DNA of 64,000 nucleotides. It comes from Utricularia gibba (Eukaryota > Plantae > Magnoliophyta). Positions 24,190-37,315 of this stretch are shown one piece after another. Position 1 is the first letter of the stretch. Every line of letters begins with the position of its first letter. Where the stretch lies: NCBI GenBank assembly GCA_002189035.1, contig NEEC01000008.1:868001-932000 (forward strand), read 5' to 3'. Under the pieces are notes generated by a model. It ran no database searches. It was not told the DNA's origin and saw only the letters and a program-made list of their open reading frames with translations. The position numbers and the translations under genes are program-made.

Positions 24190-25230
24190 TTGATTCTTGA
24201 TGAACAAAAAATTACATTGCAAGTTACCTGTCCTACCTCTTCTTCATCAGAGATCTCGTATGAATCATCAGAGAATACTCTGAGCGTTGATCGAATACAT
24301 CTGTTCAGATGTTCCCCCAAGGAGATGTCAGTGAATGAGCCTACGAGACAACTCTCTGTTACGGCTATGCCAGGCGTCGCCCCTGCTAAGAAATCAACTG
24401 GTAATGTCACTGCTCATCATCATTGAGGAAGAGTTACTTCTTGTTGCGGAAGTTTCGATCAGGAAAGGAGACGAGGTTATAACATCAGCATCCTATTGGT
24501 TATCACTGATCAGGCTCTCTGAATCCGCAGGTAAGCGTTCCACCTCTCCTGGTTTCTTCAGGCAGGATGTGAGGTACAATGCAGGCTCAAACTTTGATGC
24601 TCTCGTGTTGGTCCCCACTCTTTCAAAAATTATAATGTGATGTTCCCGTCGCAGCGTTTACAGAGAATGGCTAAAGAATTGAAGTCTTATTATGCACGAC
24701 TCCAAGACCTTTCCGGGCTTGAAGAAACAATGAAACCTCTGTTTGAGATGTATGGGATCATCACCGAAAGTATTCAGCCACAAGTTTCAGTAACCTTTCG
24801 TATCCCATGCTGAAGCCAATGGGACATCAAATGATGCTGATGTTCATGGGAAATTCTCTTAAAGTGATCCAATGCAGAAGGCTGAAGCCAGAGTCATCGG
24901 GTACTGCTGCGGATGAAGTCAATCAGTACGAAAATGCACCATTTACGGTAGCACAGCAGGTTGATTCTGCTATAGAAATCAGCGCCCGAGAAATCTGCAG
25001 CTGCAAGTTCTGAAAAGGAGCTTCCTACAGCAACAAACCCCCGGAAACAAATCAGGCAAGAAGTGATGAAACCTGCTTGCAAGAAAGGGGTGAGTGAACT
25101 TCTTCAACATTTGTAACTCTACTAACAATTTCAAACAGAATCCTTCGTGACTCTTGCAGAAGGAACCACTGTCAAAAACTCAGTGAAGGTGTCTGCGCGG
25201 TATGGCTTCCAGTCCGTTTTCTTGAGTTGA
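24190..25230 (+). CDS. Diverged plant-specific uncharacterised protein (YWLxxIxLSESAGK...GFF...LQRMxxELKSY family); exon boundaries uncertain
   Basis: SASYWLSLIRLSESAGKRSTSPGFF followed after a short intron by RLQRMAKELKSYYARLQDLSGLEETMKPLFEMYGI. A 5' exon probably lies near 23500-23810. Confidence 0.55.
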
Positions 25231-25761
25231 GCTTTTATTTCATGCAGATTTTTGCAGTAAAAACAAGGAATTTTTCACTACAAAATCAACTTGTTGGCCG
25301 TTCTTCATGTACTTGGTCCCTAAGCCAAGAAATTTGGGGCCCAGTTTGAGAAGTTTTGGGTCTGACGGAAACCTGGAAGCCCAACTACAAGGACGTCACT
25401 ACCTCCGCGGCTCCGCCAATCCCAAATTCTGGATTCTGCCGTGTCGCAGCCAGCGGCATTGCCGGAGGTAACGGTGAACCTTGTTTCTTGGGAAATACAT
25501 GAATCCGATTGTACAATGGTCGTTAATTCTGGGAAGGAAGCGTCGAATCGTAACGAGGCCAAGAGATGTACAGGAAGAGAGAGCAGCTGCTAGACAATAT
25601 ATATAATCCTTGGCGTAACATGAGGGGGGCCGAAAGATGCCCTTATTCGTCTTACTTGAACATGATCTGTTCTATAGGCTCGTACATCCGTCTCCTTGAG
25701 ATCTTCGAGTTGTGGGCAACTTCACCAACACAACACCCTTCTTCTGGGTCCCGAGAAAAAT

Positions 25762-27105
25762 TCAGTCTTGTGGATTGCAGAGGTCGATGAAGGTGGCTTC
25801 TGAGTTGGGTTCGATACTGGGGAAACATATGGACTCTCCCACGTAATCCAGCGGCGTATCGTCGAGAAAGCTGGTGTAGTATTCGTAGAACAGATCGAGT
25901 TCTTCGAATGCATCCGGTAGACAGGTGAATGGAGCGTACTCATCAACAGAAGCAGCAGCAGTCGATGCTGTTGATGATGTCGATACAGGTGCTGCTGCTG
26001 CTGCTGCAAGCTCTCGGTTCTTCTTTGCTTCAATCACCTGAAAGCTCACGTTTCTGAGAAATGAATGTGCAGCAGAAGCAAGCATCAACGGGTGAGGGTG
26101 CATTCCCCTTACATATCTTCCGTCGTCCACATACCGGTACACGAGAATGTAATCATCTTTCACCAAGCCGTGGGCGTGGATGAAGTCCCCTGCCACCATC
26201 AAAGAATGTGCTCCTCAATCTTGTGGAAGTTGAAGAAATGCAAGAGTTTGGTTAAGGGCATACCAGTGGACTCAAGCACGTACATCCTGCTGTTGTTGTT
26301 TGGCCAGAATCTGAATCAGCAGCAACACTGAATCATGAAATGGGAGTGATGCAGATTGGACAGCACTTCTTGCTTGAGAATTGGGAAACCAACCTGTACT
26401 TGAAGCACCAGTGGTGGATGCCATCCATGTCGATCATGTCCAGTTGAATCCCCTCCTTGTAATCAAGAACTGGGAGGTGTGCCTCTGCTTCTTTCTGCAA
26501 TTTGGGGCACAATAGTGTGGGTTGAAACACAATATACAAGGTGAGTTTTTTTTTCTTTTTCTTTTTTTTTGTTGTTACCTTTGGGAGGACCATTCTCCTT
26601 AATACTCCGACATCGCTATTCTTGAGCTGTTTCATGAACAGGTAGCTGAGTTTTGAGCGATCAACTGCCTGCAACTCAGTATCGAAACCCAGAGTATCAA
26701 GCTGAAGGTGAAAAGGATAACCGAGACAGAGGAATTTTAAAGATTTACCCGTGGAGGTGGAATGGGAGGAGGAGGAAGCGCAAGAAAAGCAAGGCTAGAT
26801 CGCTTCAGTCTGGACCTCGGCATTCTGGCGCCACGGGGCACTGTGAAACCAGGCCGGGAGAAGAGATCGCCGCTGTTCTCCATCTGTGGAACAATCGAGG
26901 AAAAAGGAGGAAACTGGGGGAAGCTGTAGGGTAGGTAAATGCGATTGTTGTTTAGTCCCGATGTCTCCAAATTTGGGAAGTAAACGTTGAAGGGAGATGA
27001 CATGTGTGGCTCCGCCATTGATGAAGGGTGGTTTCGGCATCGAATGGCGTGGGAGTGAGAGTGAAAAGGAAAAAAAAAGGGAGAAGCGGTGGAGGAAGGG
27101 ATCAT
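25762..27105 (-). CDS. FUS3: B3-domain LAV-family transcription factor, FUSCA3-like
   Basis: LFMKQLKNSDVGVLRRMVLPK|KEAEAHLPVLDYKEGIQLDMIDMDGIHHWCFKYR|FWPNNNSRMYVLESTG|DFIHAHGL...YVIEAKK. RRMVLP, AHGL and the FLDDTPLD tail fit FUS3 better than LEC2/ABI3. Start ATG is 27105 or 27018. Confidence 0.85.
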
Positions 27106-27505
27106 CCAGCTGTTGAAAAAGCTCTGAGGAGTTTCGGAAAATCAATGGCCTTCACGATGATGACGATAACAGCGATACCAACTACCACTCTGCAGCTCCC
27201 CTCACTGCTCTGCATCTCCTTCAACTTTCCCACTAACCAAAGTCGAATCTTGATTCCCACAGTTTAAATTCTGGCGCTGCTAAAAGGTTAGTAATAGTTT
27301 AAATTCCTATAGTCTTAGAAGGGATTCCTGAGCATGTTTTTTTTTTAAGAAATTCTGGATGGCTAAAAATTCCAACATTTCTTGATGACCAGAATAAATA
27401 CAAGATGAACCAGAGTGAAGAAATACGGCACAAGTGGAAAGCATTCTTTCCCCTTGTTCACAGTCACAACCAAAGGAGAACTAGGAAGGGAAGGAAGCTA
27501 GCTCT

Positions 27506-30016
27506 TCAAGCTTCATTTGCATTTGCGACCAAGTCGTTTTGCTCGTCCACTTCCCTCTCGTGTGCGATGGCGATCAGCTTTTTCTTCGCCTTGAGAAACC
27601 CGGCGAACCAGAGAGCTGAATGCTTCGGGTATCTGGCTTGTTTGTTCAGGAAGTCGACGTACATGATACCGAATCTCCTGTAGTATCCATCCGACCATTC
27701 AAAGTTGTCGCAGTAAGCCCAGATGTAGTACCCCCTGACATCCACCTTCTCCCTGCGAGCACCGGGAAGGAAGATTAGATAAGAAAGTGCTTCGTATGTT
27801 GAATAACAGTAAATGAGAATCATCATACTTGATGGCCTTTAGGAGGTACGAGAGGTGATCCTGGTAGAATTTGATCCTGATTGGGTCAACTGTGGCCTGT
27901 GCAATCGTCTGCTTGGGATCATTTGTCTGGGGGACTCCGTTTTCAGTGATATATATGGGAGGCAGTTCGCTGTATGTGTTCTTTATATGCATCAGAAGTC
28001 CATAAAGTCCACGTGGAACCACGTACTGCCATGCCGAGACCTGTATATACAAAAGAACTTTTGTGAGCTTCGATGAAAACCGCCATGGATTGAGGAGAAA
28101 TGGGTCGAGCGTGGATCACCTGTTCCCCGATCAGTTTGCCGTTTCTGGAATCTGGGCGAAAGAAGAAAGATGATCAGTAGTTGTGACAGGGGGAGTCCCT
28201 GAAAAGTGCGGAGATGTAAGAAAGTTACATGCGAAGGTGAGCTTCTGATCTGCGTCGTAGCCTTCGCCTTGGAGGTCTGGAGCATCCTTCACGTAGTAGG
28301 AGGTGTAATAGTTCAGCCCAATGTAATCAGAGGACCCCCGAAGCATGTGTTCTTCGTGCTTAGAGAAATGCCTGAAGTTCTCCGGTGGGACGTTGGCGAT
28401 CATGCTCTGGGGGTACCGCCCGTACAGCACCGGCTCTAGGAACCTGGAAAGATTGGATGGATGATCAGAGATCAGAGAAAGGAGCCATTTGTTTCAATTT
28501 ATCTGTTACCATCCTAGGCAGAAATCAAATGCTCTGGCCGCAGCAGCTTTGTCGGCCTCCGACTTCTCGTCAAAGGGCTCGAACATGTGCGAGTTCAGAA
28601 CGATCCCGATCTGCCCCTCCTGAAATGCCTGCAAGATGCATTCGTCCACCCAGTGTAAGAGACGGGCGGGTTATTGAATAAAGAAGAAGCAGGTTTCGTC
28701 AGAGTGGATGGAAGATCTTCGGGGCACCTGGTATTTCGTACGGTACAGCTGAACGGCGGCGGAGTGGGCCAGCAGGATGTGTCTGGCGACGGTGTAGACA
28801 TCCCTAGCGGGATCGGACTTATCGTACTTGACGTCGGAGTACTTAGTCTTAGTGGTCTTCGCCGGCAATGATTGAGTTGCACTGTCAGGCACCTTATGAG
28901 TAGCGAATTTGGTCGCGTTCTCCGGCGTGGTGGCGACTTCCCCTGGGGGAATACTCCCATCACGTAGCCGTTGGTGCAGTACGTGTACGGCTCATTGATC
29001 GTCGCCCAGTACTTGACACGGTCGCCAAACTCCCAGAAGCATACCCCTGCGTACTCCGTGAAGTCGTCCCTGCAATTCCGACAAGAAACCAAACCATCAG
29101 GATGCTTTTTTCCCGCCGGACATAACGCTGCTGAGTTCAGACTCAAAGCTTCGTACACTATTCTTTTGCTCAGGAACCCTCCATATTCCTTCTGTAAGCA
29201 GCTTGGAAGATCGAAGTGGAAGATGGTGGCCATGGGGATCATCCCTGTTCCAGAAATCAGTTAACAGAACAAGTACAGTAAGTTTACGGTATTCACCACT
29301 CTTACCGTTGGCGATGACGGTGTCGATGAGGTCATTGTAGTAGTTGACTGCTTCTCTGTTGACTCCTCCTGCAGACAATCTTCCACCTAAGGAAGGCGCA
29401 GCCGTGAGATGATTCATTCATTCATTCCCCTGTAGGCGCCACCAGTTTTTGTGTGGGGCAGAGTCAAGAAGTCACCTGGCAGTATCCGAGACCACGCAAT
29501 GGAGAATCTGTAGGAGTCGAAGCCCATCTTCTTCATGTTGGCGATGTCTTCCTGCAATGCAAGTAATCTATCTGTTAGAGAAGACGAGGGGAGTTCCCCT
29601 AGTCAAGCAAGGTTGATGTTGAAGCGCATCACCTTGTATCTGTGATACATGTCGCAGGCCACGCTTCCGTTGGTTCCGTCGGTGATCGCCGCTGCGAGGA
29701 AAACAAAGTAAGCGCTCCTCATACACATGACCTACACTGGAGAAACAGAGTGCTTACAGGGATTGCCGAAGGACATGTCATCCCAGACGTTCAAGCTCTT
29801 CCCCCTTCAAACGTGGCCCCTTCCACCTGCAACAATGATGGCTTTCAGTACACCGTAGAAAACCAACGGTGGTATCCGGGAGGGAGGAATCCGGCGTACC
29901 TGATACGCAGAAGTGCCGGCGCCGAAGATAAACCCAGCCGGGAAATCGCTCCTGCTGATGCTGGTGTCCTCGATGGGAACCGGCCGAGGCTGCGCGGGAC
30001 CATTGTTTCTCGCCAT
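27506..30016 (-). CDS. GH1 beta-glucosidase without signal peptide (raucaffricine/strictosidine/oleuropein glucosidase-like); needs +1 nt in a G5 run at 28945-28949
   Basis: DFPAGFIFGAGTSAYQ, TIFHFDLP, WATINEP (acid/base), IYITENG (nucleophile), WAYCDNFEWSDGYYRRFG; TATAAATA at 30083-30090. Confidence 0.9.
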
Positions 30017-30615
30017 CTCGATCGCAATAACCAAACCTGTTTGTTTGCTGCTGTTGTCGTTGCAGGGGCTGCGCGGAGAGGGTATTTATAGAGTAGACTC
30101 AAACTAAGTTTTCAAGACTTTTCTTGTTCTAAATCCCGAGTTATCATTAGGACCACCACCGTGGACAAGTAACCATCTGTTGATTTGGCGGTAGTTGAAA
30201 AATACTGGCCAATAAAATATTTTTAATAAAATAAAAAATTGAGATTTACAATTTTTTATGTAAATATCTTATAAAATATCTTAAACATAGTATATGTTAA
30301 AATTAAATATTCTATAAGTCGGACAAACAAATGTGAAGTTCAAATAGTATCATTCTAAAAAAAAAAAATTTTTTTATTGCAAATACGTAGTCGAATCATT
30401 CGAAAATTTGAAATTTTACAACGTGTTTTGACGAGCTGTAAGAACAAATCCCCAAAGACAACGAGGTATGAAATGTCAAGAAGAGGGCAGTCACGTGGAG
30501 AAAAGAAGACCCACATGTGATGCACGAAAACCATCTTCTCTTCTTCCCTGGGAGCGGAGTCGAGTCAAGTGGAGTGGAGTCCGCAGTTTTGTTTTATGTT
30601 GGAGCAAAGCCCCAA

Positions 30616-30639
30616 GTTGCGTTGCGTTGCGTTGCGTTG
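30616..30639. repeat. (GTTGC)n microsatellite in the GH1 upstream region
   Basis: gttgc x4 plus gttg. Confidence 0.8.
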
Positions 30640-32058
30640 AACTTTTCCAAGTGTGCTTGCGGATACGCAACGGCATCCTTTATAACACATAACACGATTA
30701 TGAAGCATCCGCAGTGATGAGGCGCTTTAGGGGATGCGCATTCAATGCCCACCCCAACTCCAACTGCCGGTCGCCCTGCCCTTTCATTCCTCCTCAACCT
30801 CAAGTCAACACACGCACACGCTCTTCCTTTTTAGTTCCAACATTTAATTAAAAAATGATGATTATTTTAATGTATACTCACTGCCGTTTGGTATTGAGAA
30901 ATGGATGAATTACAAAATAGATATCGGTCACACAATGTGTGAAAAAAATATTTATCATACATGTAAAAATTTATTATCACTACGTAAGAGAAAAAATGAC
31001 GGTGATTATTTGGGGTGAATTTGAAAAGTAATCATCTTATTGCTATTATGTGTAAAAAATAATCATCATAAGTGTAAAATTTTAGTTTTACTATGTGAGA
31101 AAGAATGTCACGATGGTTACTTTTCAAAACTCCCCGATTATTCGTCTAGATAACTGATGAAAGATTGGATAATAAATACTTTGTGGTGAGGAGTTATAAT
31201 GCTTGAATTTGTATAATAAACATTTGTAGTCATCATGGAAACTATACTTAGCATTTGTTATTTGATCGAAAATTACTTTTGTATAAGGGTGATTGGTTGT
31301 CAATGATCCCTAAAAACAGCAATAATGATTCCTAATGTTTTAAAATACTGATCAAATTGATCAACACTTTTTTTAATATAATGGCAAATTTTATCTTTAA
31401 ACTCATTATTTGAAATAATGATTATTAATAATTTTTAATTATTTAAAATTTGATAAAAAATAATATCCAACTAATTCTATTTAGTTTTTAAATAATTAAA
31501 TTTTTTCTCAATATTCGAATAATGAAAAATAAAAATACTTAAAATATAAATTTTACAAAAAATAATTATGCCAAGTATACCAATTTTGAAAACTAATAAT
31601 ATGAATTCATAAAACTTTGTGAATTGATTTTACTAATGAGAACTAATTATATGAAAAAATAGGAATTATTTTCTTCAAAATGTCAAAACTTGGAATTTTT
31701 GTTATGAATGCACAAGCAAACACGGGAAAATTAGTCATATACCAATGTCACACCAATTTTCTTTGCAAAATACCTGAATTTGTAAATTATTTGTTATATA
31801 CCTTAATTTATATATATATACATTGATAAAATACCTAAATATTGAAAAAATATAAATTAATTAATTTAATTTACAATATTAATCACTTCTCGTTTTAAAA
31901 TTTATATATTTATATATTATAAATAATAACAATATTTGTGACATTCATTCCAAAGAATTAACATTTATTTTCTATAAAATTAATACTTTTAAATATATAT
32001 AGTAAATATATTTTGAAAAATATTATATTTAAGATTCATGATTGAGGTAAGTACTTTT

Positions 32059-32568
32059 TGTTGCAAAGTTTATGTGCAATCGAGAACAAAAAGTAAATGA
32101 AGAACACAGAATTTTAATGTGGAAAATCAAGAATGGTAAAAAACCACGTGTGCTAGTCACACCAGACCAAAAACTCTCCACTAAATACCGAGTTTTAATA
32201 CAGGAGCAGAAACAACTCCAAGAATCAGGCTCCCACCAGCCAAACTATTTCCTGAACGACAGAATGTTTAACAACAACAATCCCCACAGGGTTAGCAAGG
32301 GTTGGAGGGGTCTTTTCTTCTTGTTCGCCTTCTCCAATCACAAATCGGAGGTTCTTCCAGATGGTAGTTTGTAGAGAGTTCTGCGCTGCAATATCTTAGA
32401 GAGGCTCCTCTGCTGTTCTTTGTGAAGGAAGCAAAAACAGACTTAACTGTCATCTTGATGGGTTATTTATAGCATTCGTCACTTGGGCTTCGCCAAAGAG
32501 GAACGTGAGCTGGATATTTGGGCAGCAACATTTTTCAATTTCCTAGCCCAAGCAAGAGCAGCCCAACA
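32059..32568 (-). repeat. 3' LTR of the copia element
   Basis: TGTTG..CAACA ends; adjacent polypurine tract GGAAAGGGGGAAT (minus strand) at 32569-32582. Confidence 0.93.
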
Positions 32569-35500
32569 ATTCCCCCTTTCCATCTCTCGTTCACCTTATC
32601 TTCATACTTTGATCAGTCCCAGCCTGTTCACATGGGACTGGTGTTTCACAGTAGACAACAGCTTTGTGAGAACATCTGCAGCGTTTTCAGCAGTGTCAAC
32701 CTTTTCCAGTTTGACGTCTCCAGTTGCAATGACATCTTTGATCCAATGCCATCTGGTTGATATATGCTTTGTGCGAGAATGAAATGTTGCATTCTTAGTG
32801 AGTTGTATGGCACTTTGGCAATCAGAGAATATCACAGGCATGCCTTTTAGAAACCCAAACTCATTCATAATTCTACCAAGCCACAGGGCTTCCTTCACTC
32901 CCTCTGTTAGTGCCATATACTTTGCCTCTGTTGTTGATAGTGCAACTATTTTTTGTAAATGTGAACTCCACATGACAGCAGCTTCGGCAATTACTGAGAC
33001 CATTCCTGATGTTGATCTTCATGTATCTACATCGCCTGCCATATCAGAATCCACATAAACTTGGGGGTTAATACTTCATGTTCCATAACTCAATTTATAT
33101 TCCATGATGCCTTTTATGTAACGTAACAGCCATTTCACCCCTTTCCAATGCTCCTTTCCTGGGTTCTCCATATACCTGCTCATGACACTCACAACATATG
33201 CAATATCCGGTCGAGTGCAAATCATCAAGTACATTAATGAGCCAACTGCAGAGGAGTAGGGAATCTTACTCATCATCTCTTTATCAACTTTAGTTTTTGG
33301 TGACATATGAAAAGAGAACCTTAGGTGTCCCGGGAGAGGTCCTAACACTGGTTTTGCTCTATCCATATGAAATTTCTTAAGTAGAGCTTCGATATACGTA
33401 CCTTGAGACAGGGTCAGGATCCTCTTGTTTCTATCTCTAGCGATGTCAATTCCCAGAATTTTCTTGGCTTCCCCTAAGTCTTTCATTTCAAAAACAGTAG
33501 TCATCTCCCTCTTCAGGTCTAGAATCAATGTCATGTTTGGACTGGTTATCAACATGTCATCGACATACAGGAGCAAGAAAATACATTCATTGTTCTGATT
33601 CTTTTTCCAGTAGGCACAATGATCTCCCTCGCATCTGTTGAATTTTCTGCTTTCCATGAAATTGTTGAACTTAAAGTACCACTGTCGGGGGGCTTGTTTA
33701 AGATTCTTCTCAATTTGCACACAAGATTTTCTTTCCCAGGTTCTATAAATCCCTCAATTTGCTTCATGTACACCTCCTCAGTCAAATCACCATGTAGGAA
33801 TGTGGTCTTTATGTCCAGTTGTTCCAGTTCCCAATTGTAGTGAGCTGTGAGGGATAGGATGAGCCATACTGTGTTCATCTTCACTATAGGTGGAAAAATT
33901 TCCTCATAATCTACTCCTTTTCTTTGATGATATTCTTTCACAACCACTCTGGCTTTATGCTTGACACTTCCATCAGGGTTGTGTTTTATCTTGAATATCC
34001 ACCGATTCTCCAGAGGTTTCTTTCCTGCAGGCAACTTCACAAGTTCATAGGTATCATTCTTTCTCAGGGATGCTATCTCTTCCTGCATTGCTTCAAACCA
34101 TTTGTCTCCTTCAATTGAGTCCATTGCCTCTTTTACTGACATCGGTTCTCCTTCCTAAGTGATCAAGGCAATGTTAAATATATCTTCTCTGCTGAGGTCA
34201 TACTCACTTTCAAGATACTTTGATGAGGGGACACGTGGCCTTGTTGATCTCCTCAGATTCGGTGGCCCTCTTTCATCCGGTCTTTCAATTGATTCTGGTT
34301 CAGATTCCAAGTCAAGGGTTGCATTTGAAGTATCAATGCCTGTCAATTTTCCGGAGTCCTCGGAGGTCAGTCTTACCTTCATTGTCTTGTCCATGTCCAT
34401 CTGGTGTATGTCATGAATTGTCTCATTCTCTACAAACTTTACATCTCTAGATCGGACAACTTTGTGGTTGATTGGATCCCATAGTCTATATCCCATTTGA
34501 TCTCCACCATATCCTAGGAATATGCAAGCTTGTGATCTTTCATCTAATTTTTGCCTATGTTCTTTCAGGATATGAACATAGGCTTTGCAGCCAAACACTC
34601 TCACGTGTCCATACCCTGGAGTCTTTCCTGTCCAGACTTCTTGTGGAGTTTTAAGGTCAAGAGCAGTCTTAGGGGATCGGTTTGACAAGTAACAGGCCGT
34701 GCACAGAGCCTCTCCCCAGAAATGTTTGGGAAGTTTTGCAGTTGTCAGCATACACCTTACTTTATCAAACAGGGTTCGATTGAGTCTCTCTGCTATCGCA
34801 TTGTGTGCTGGGGTTCCAGGGATAGTAGTGATTTTCCTGATCCCAAAAAGTGTGCAGTAGTCTTGAAACTCTTGTGAGCAATACTCACCTCCATTTTCAC
34901 ACTTAAACTTCTTTAGTTTCCTGCCTGTCTCTCTTTCCAACAATGGATGAAGTTGTTTAAAGCAGCCTAGAACATCACTTTTCTTCTCAATCAAGTATAT
35001 CAAGGCCTTTCTGGAGCAATCATCGATGAAGGACACATAGTATGTTTTTCTTGAGCCTGATGCCACATTGACAGGTCCTCCAATGTCAGAGAACACCAGA
35101 TCAAGCAGTCCAGCACTTCTTTCCAGTCTTTTCTTGAATGGTGCTCTGTGTTGTTTTCCAACTATACAACTCTCGCAGAGTTTCGGTCCTTGCCTTGCCT
35201 TTTGGATAAATCCTTGACCCATTAAATGATTTAGACTTGAGTTTGATATGTGCCCTAACCTATTGTGCCATAAGGTGTAGTCAGTATCAGTTCCATTCAT
35301 CAGATTTAAACTTGAGATATCAAACTAAACAAAGGTCTTATACAGTGTTCCTTCAAGCCAACCTCTTGCCATCACATCCGAGCCTTTTTCAAATTTCCAA
35401 CATCCATCAGAAAATGTGTTGATGAACCCTGCTCTGTCAAGATTGTTCACAGACATGAGATTCATCCGTATATTAGGTATGTGTCTTACATTTTCCAGCA

Positions 35501-36789
35501 GAAGACTGTGACCACAGTTAGTTTTCACCATCAGCTCTCCCAATCCTGCTATTCTGTCTTTTGTGGAATTTCCCATTCTCACTGATCCAAAATTTCTTGT
35601 TCGATAATTGATGAGGTGTTTGTTTGAAGGTGTTGCATGGTAGCTAGTTGCTGAATCTACTATCCAGAGTTGTTCAGCAGAGTTACTTGGAGCTTCATCT
35701 GACAGCAGCACCAATAGCTCCTTCTGACTAGAGATGTCTTGTTCCCTTTGGTCCGGTTCAATTTCCTGCTCGGTCAGTACCAATATTTGTTAATTGGCTT
35801 CAACAGTAAAGACAGCTCACTCATTTTTGTGTTTATATTGGTTATCATCCTTATCAGATTTCACAGTGCAAAGCCAATATCTGCAGTCCTTGTTGATATG
35901 CCTCAATTTTTTACAATAGAAGCACGTCCTAGTCTCCTTTTGTCCCTCTCTTTTAGATTCTTTGAATTGATCCTTTTGGTTCTGGCCTTTTTCATTCTGT
36001 TCTCTCCTGGTTCTGGTGTCCTTATGCCTGTTCTTTCCTTTGTGCTCTGCAACAGCCAAGGTTCCTTTCAAAGTTGAGCCATTAGAAATCCTTCTGTGCT
36101 CTTCTTGTAAGAGTGCATTAGCGACCCTTTCAAATTCCAGTTTGTCTAGCGCATTATTGCTAAGAGTGATGACCATTGTCTCCCAGCTCGGTGGTAGAGT
36201 ATCCAGTAGTTTGATGGCTTGAGTCTCATCATCAAAGGAAATGCCATCTGCCAGCATAAGATCTGCAATTTGCTGAAAATTAATGAGGTGTTCAGCCATC
36301 GATTCCCCATCCTTGAACGTCAAGTTGGACAGCCTTTTATCCAACATTATTTGGTTTTGCGGATTATTTGGTTGACAAATCTTCATACTTGGAGATTCGA
36401 TGTTGTAGCAGTCTATCAACATGTAGTAGAATGTAGGAAGCAGCTTTCAGATGCAAGTCAGCCTAGTCATTCGAATGACTTTTTTCAGGCTTGGCTTTCC
36501 CCAATCCCACTGGTTTCCATAGGTCTTTACACACGAGGAGGGCCTTTATTGTCGATTTCCAAGCAGCATAGTTTTGGGAGTTTAACTTGGTCACTGACAC
36601 ATTGTCCTCCATTTCCAGCAACATCAGGGAGGATGAATAAAGAAAAAATAGCACCGATAGACAGGATCACAGTCCACAAGAAAGTCACTCAGTGGTACAA
36701 GAGGGCACAGACTAGTAGAGGTAATGACTAGTAGAGGTAATTAGTCCTCTACAGTTCCAAGAATTCCCAAATCCGCTGTAATACCAATT

Positions 36790-37300
36790 TGTTGCAAAGT
36801 TTCTATGCAATCGAGAACAAAAAGTAAATGAAGAACAAAGAATTTTAATGTGGAAAACCAAGAATGGTAAAAAACCACAGGTGCTAGTCACACCAGATCA
36901 AAAACTCTCCACTAGATACCGAGTTTTAATACAGGAGCATAAACAACTCCAAGAATCAGGCTCCCACCGGCCAAACTATTTCCCGAACGACATAATGGTT
37001 AACAACAACAATCCCCACAGGGTTAGCAAGGGTTAGAGGGGTCTTTTCTTCTTGTTCGCCTTCTCCGATCACAGATCGGAGGTTCTTCCAGATGGTAGTA
37101 TGTAGAGAGTTCTCGCGCTACAAGATCTTAGAGAGGCTTCTCTGTTGTTCTTTGCGAAGGAAGCAAAAACATACTTAACTGTCATCTTGATGGGTTATTT
37201 ATAGCATTCGTCACTTGGGCTTCGCCAAAGAGGAATGTGAGCTGGATATTTGGGCAGCAGCAGTTTTCAATTTCCTAGCCCAAGCAGGAGCAGCCCAACA
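36790..37300 (-). repeat. 5' LTR of the copia element
   Basis: Same repeat, about 14 mismatches counted by eye over the first ~250 bp (roughly 94-95% identical); followed by a degenerate tRNA-iMet PBS TGGTATTACAGC at 36775-36786. Confidence 0.93.
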
Positions 37301-37315
37301 ATTCCCCCCTTTCCA

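Larger units (their letters stand above)
32059..37300 (-). mobile_element. Ty1/copia LTR retrotransposon (Tnt1/Tork-like), structurally full length but degenerate
   Basis: Two ~510-bp direct repeats bounded TGTTG...CAACA; gag with CFYCKKLRHINKDC knuckle, protease WIVDSA, integrase (DDCSRK, ENGGEY, AERLNRTL), RT (LLLYVDDMLI), RNase H (TKHISTRWHWIKD) in copia order; several stops and frameshifts. Confidence 0.96.

Noticed and set aside
32072-32374. Paired ORFs at 32072 and 36848 with near-identical peptides
   Set aside because: These are the two LTR copies read antisense, not duplicated genes.
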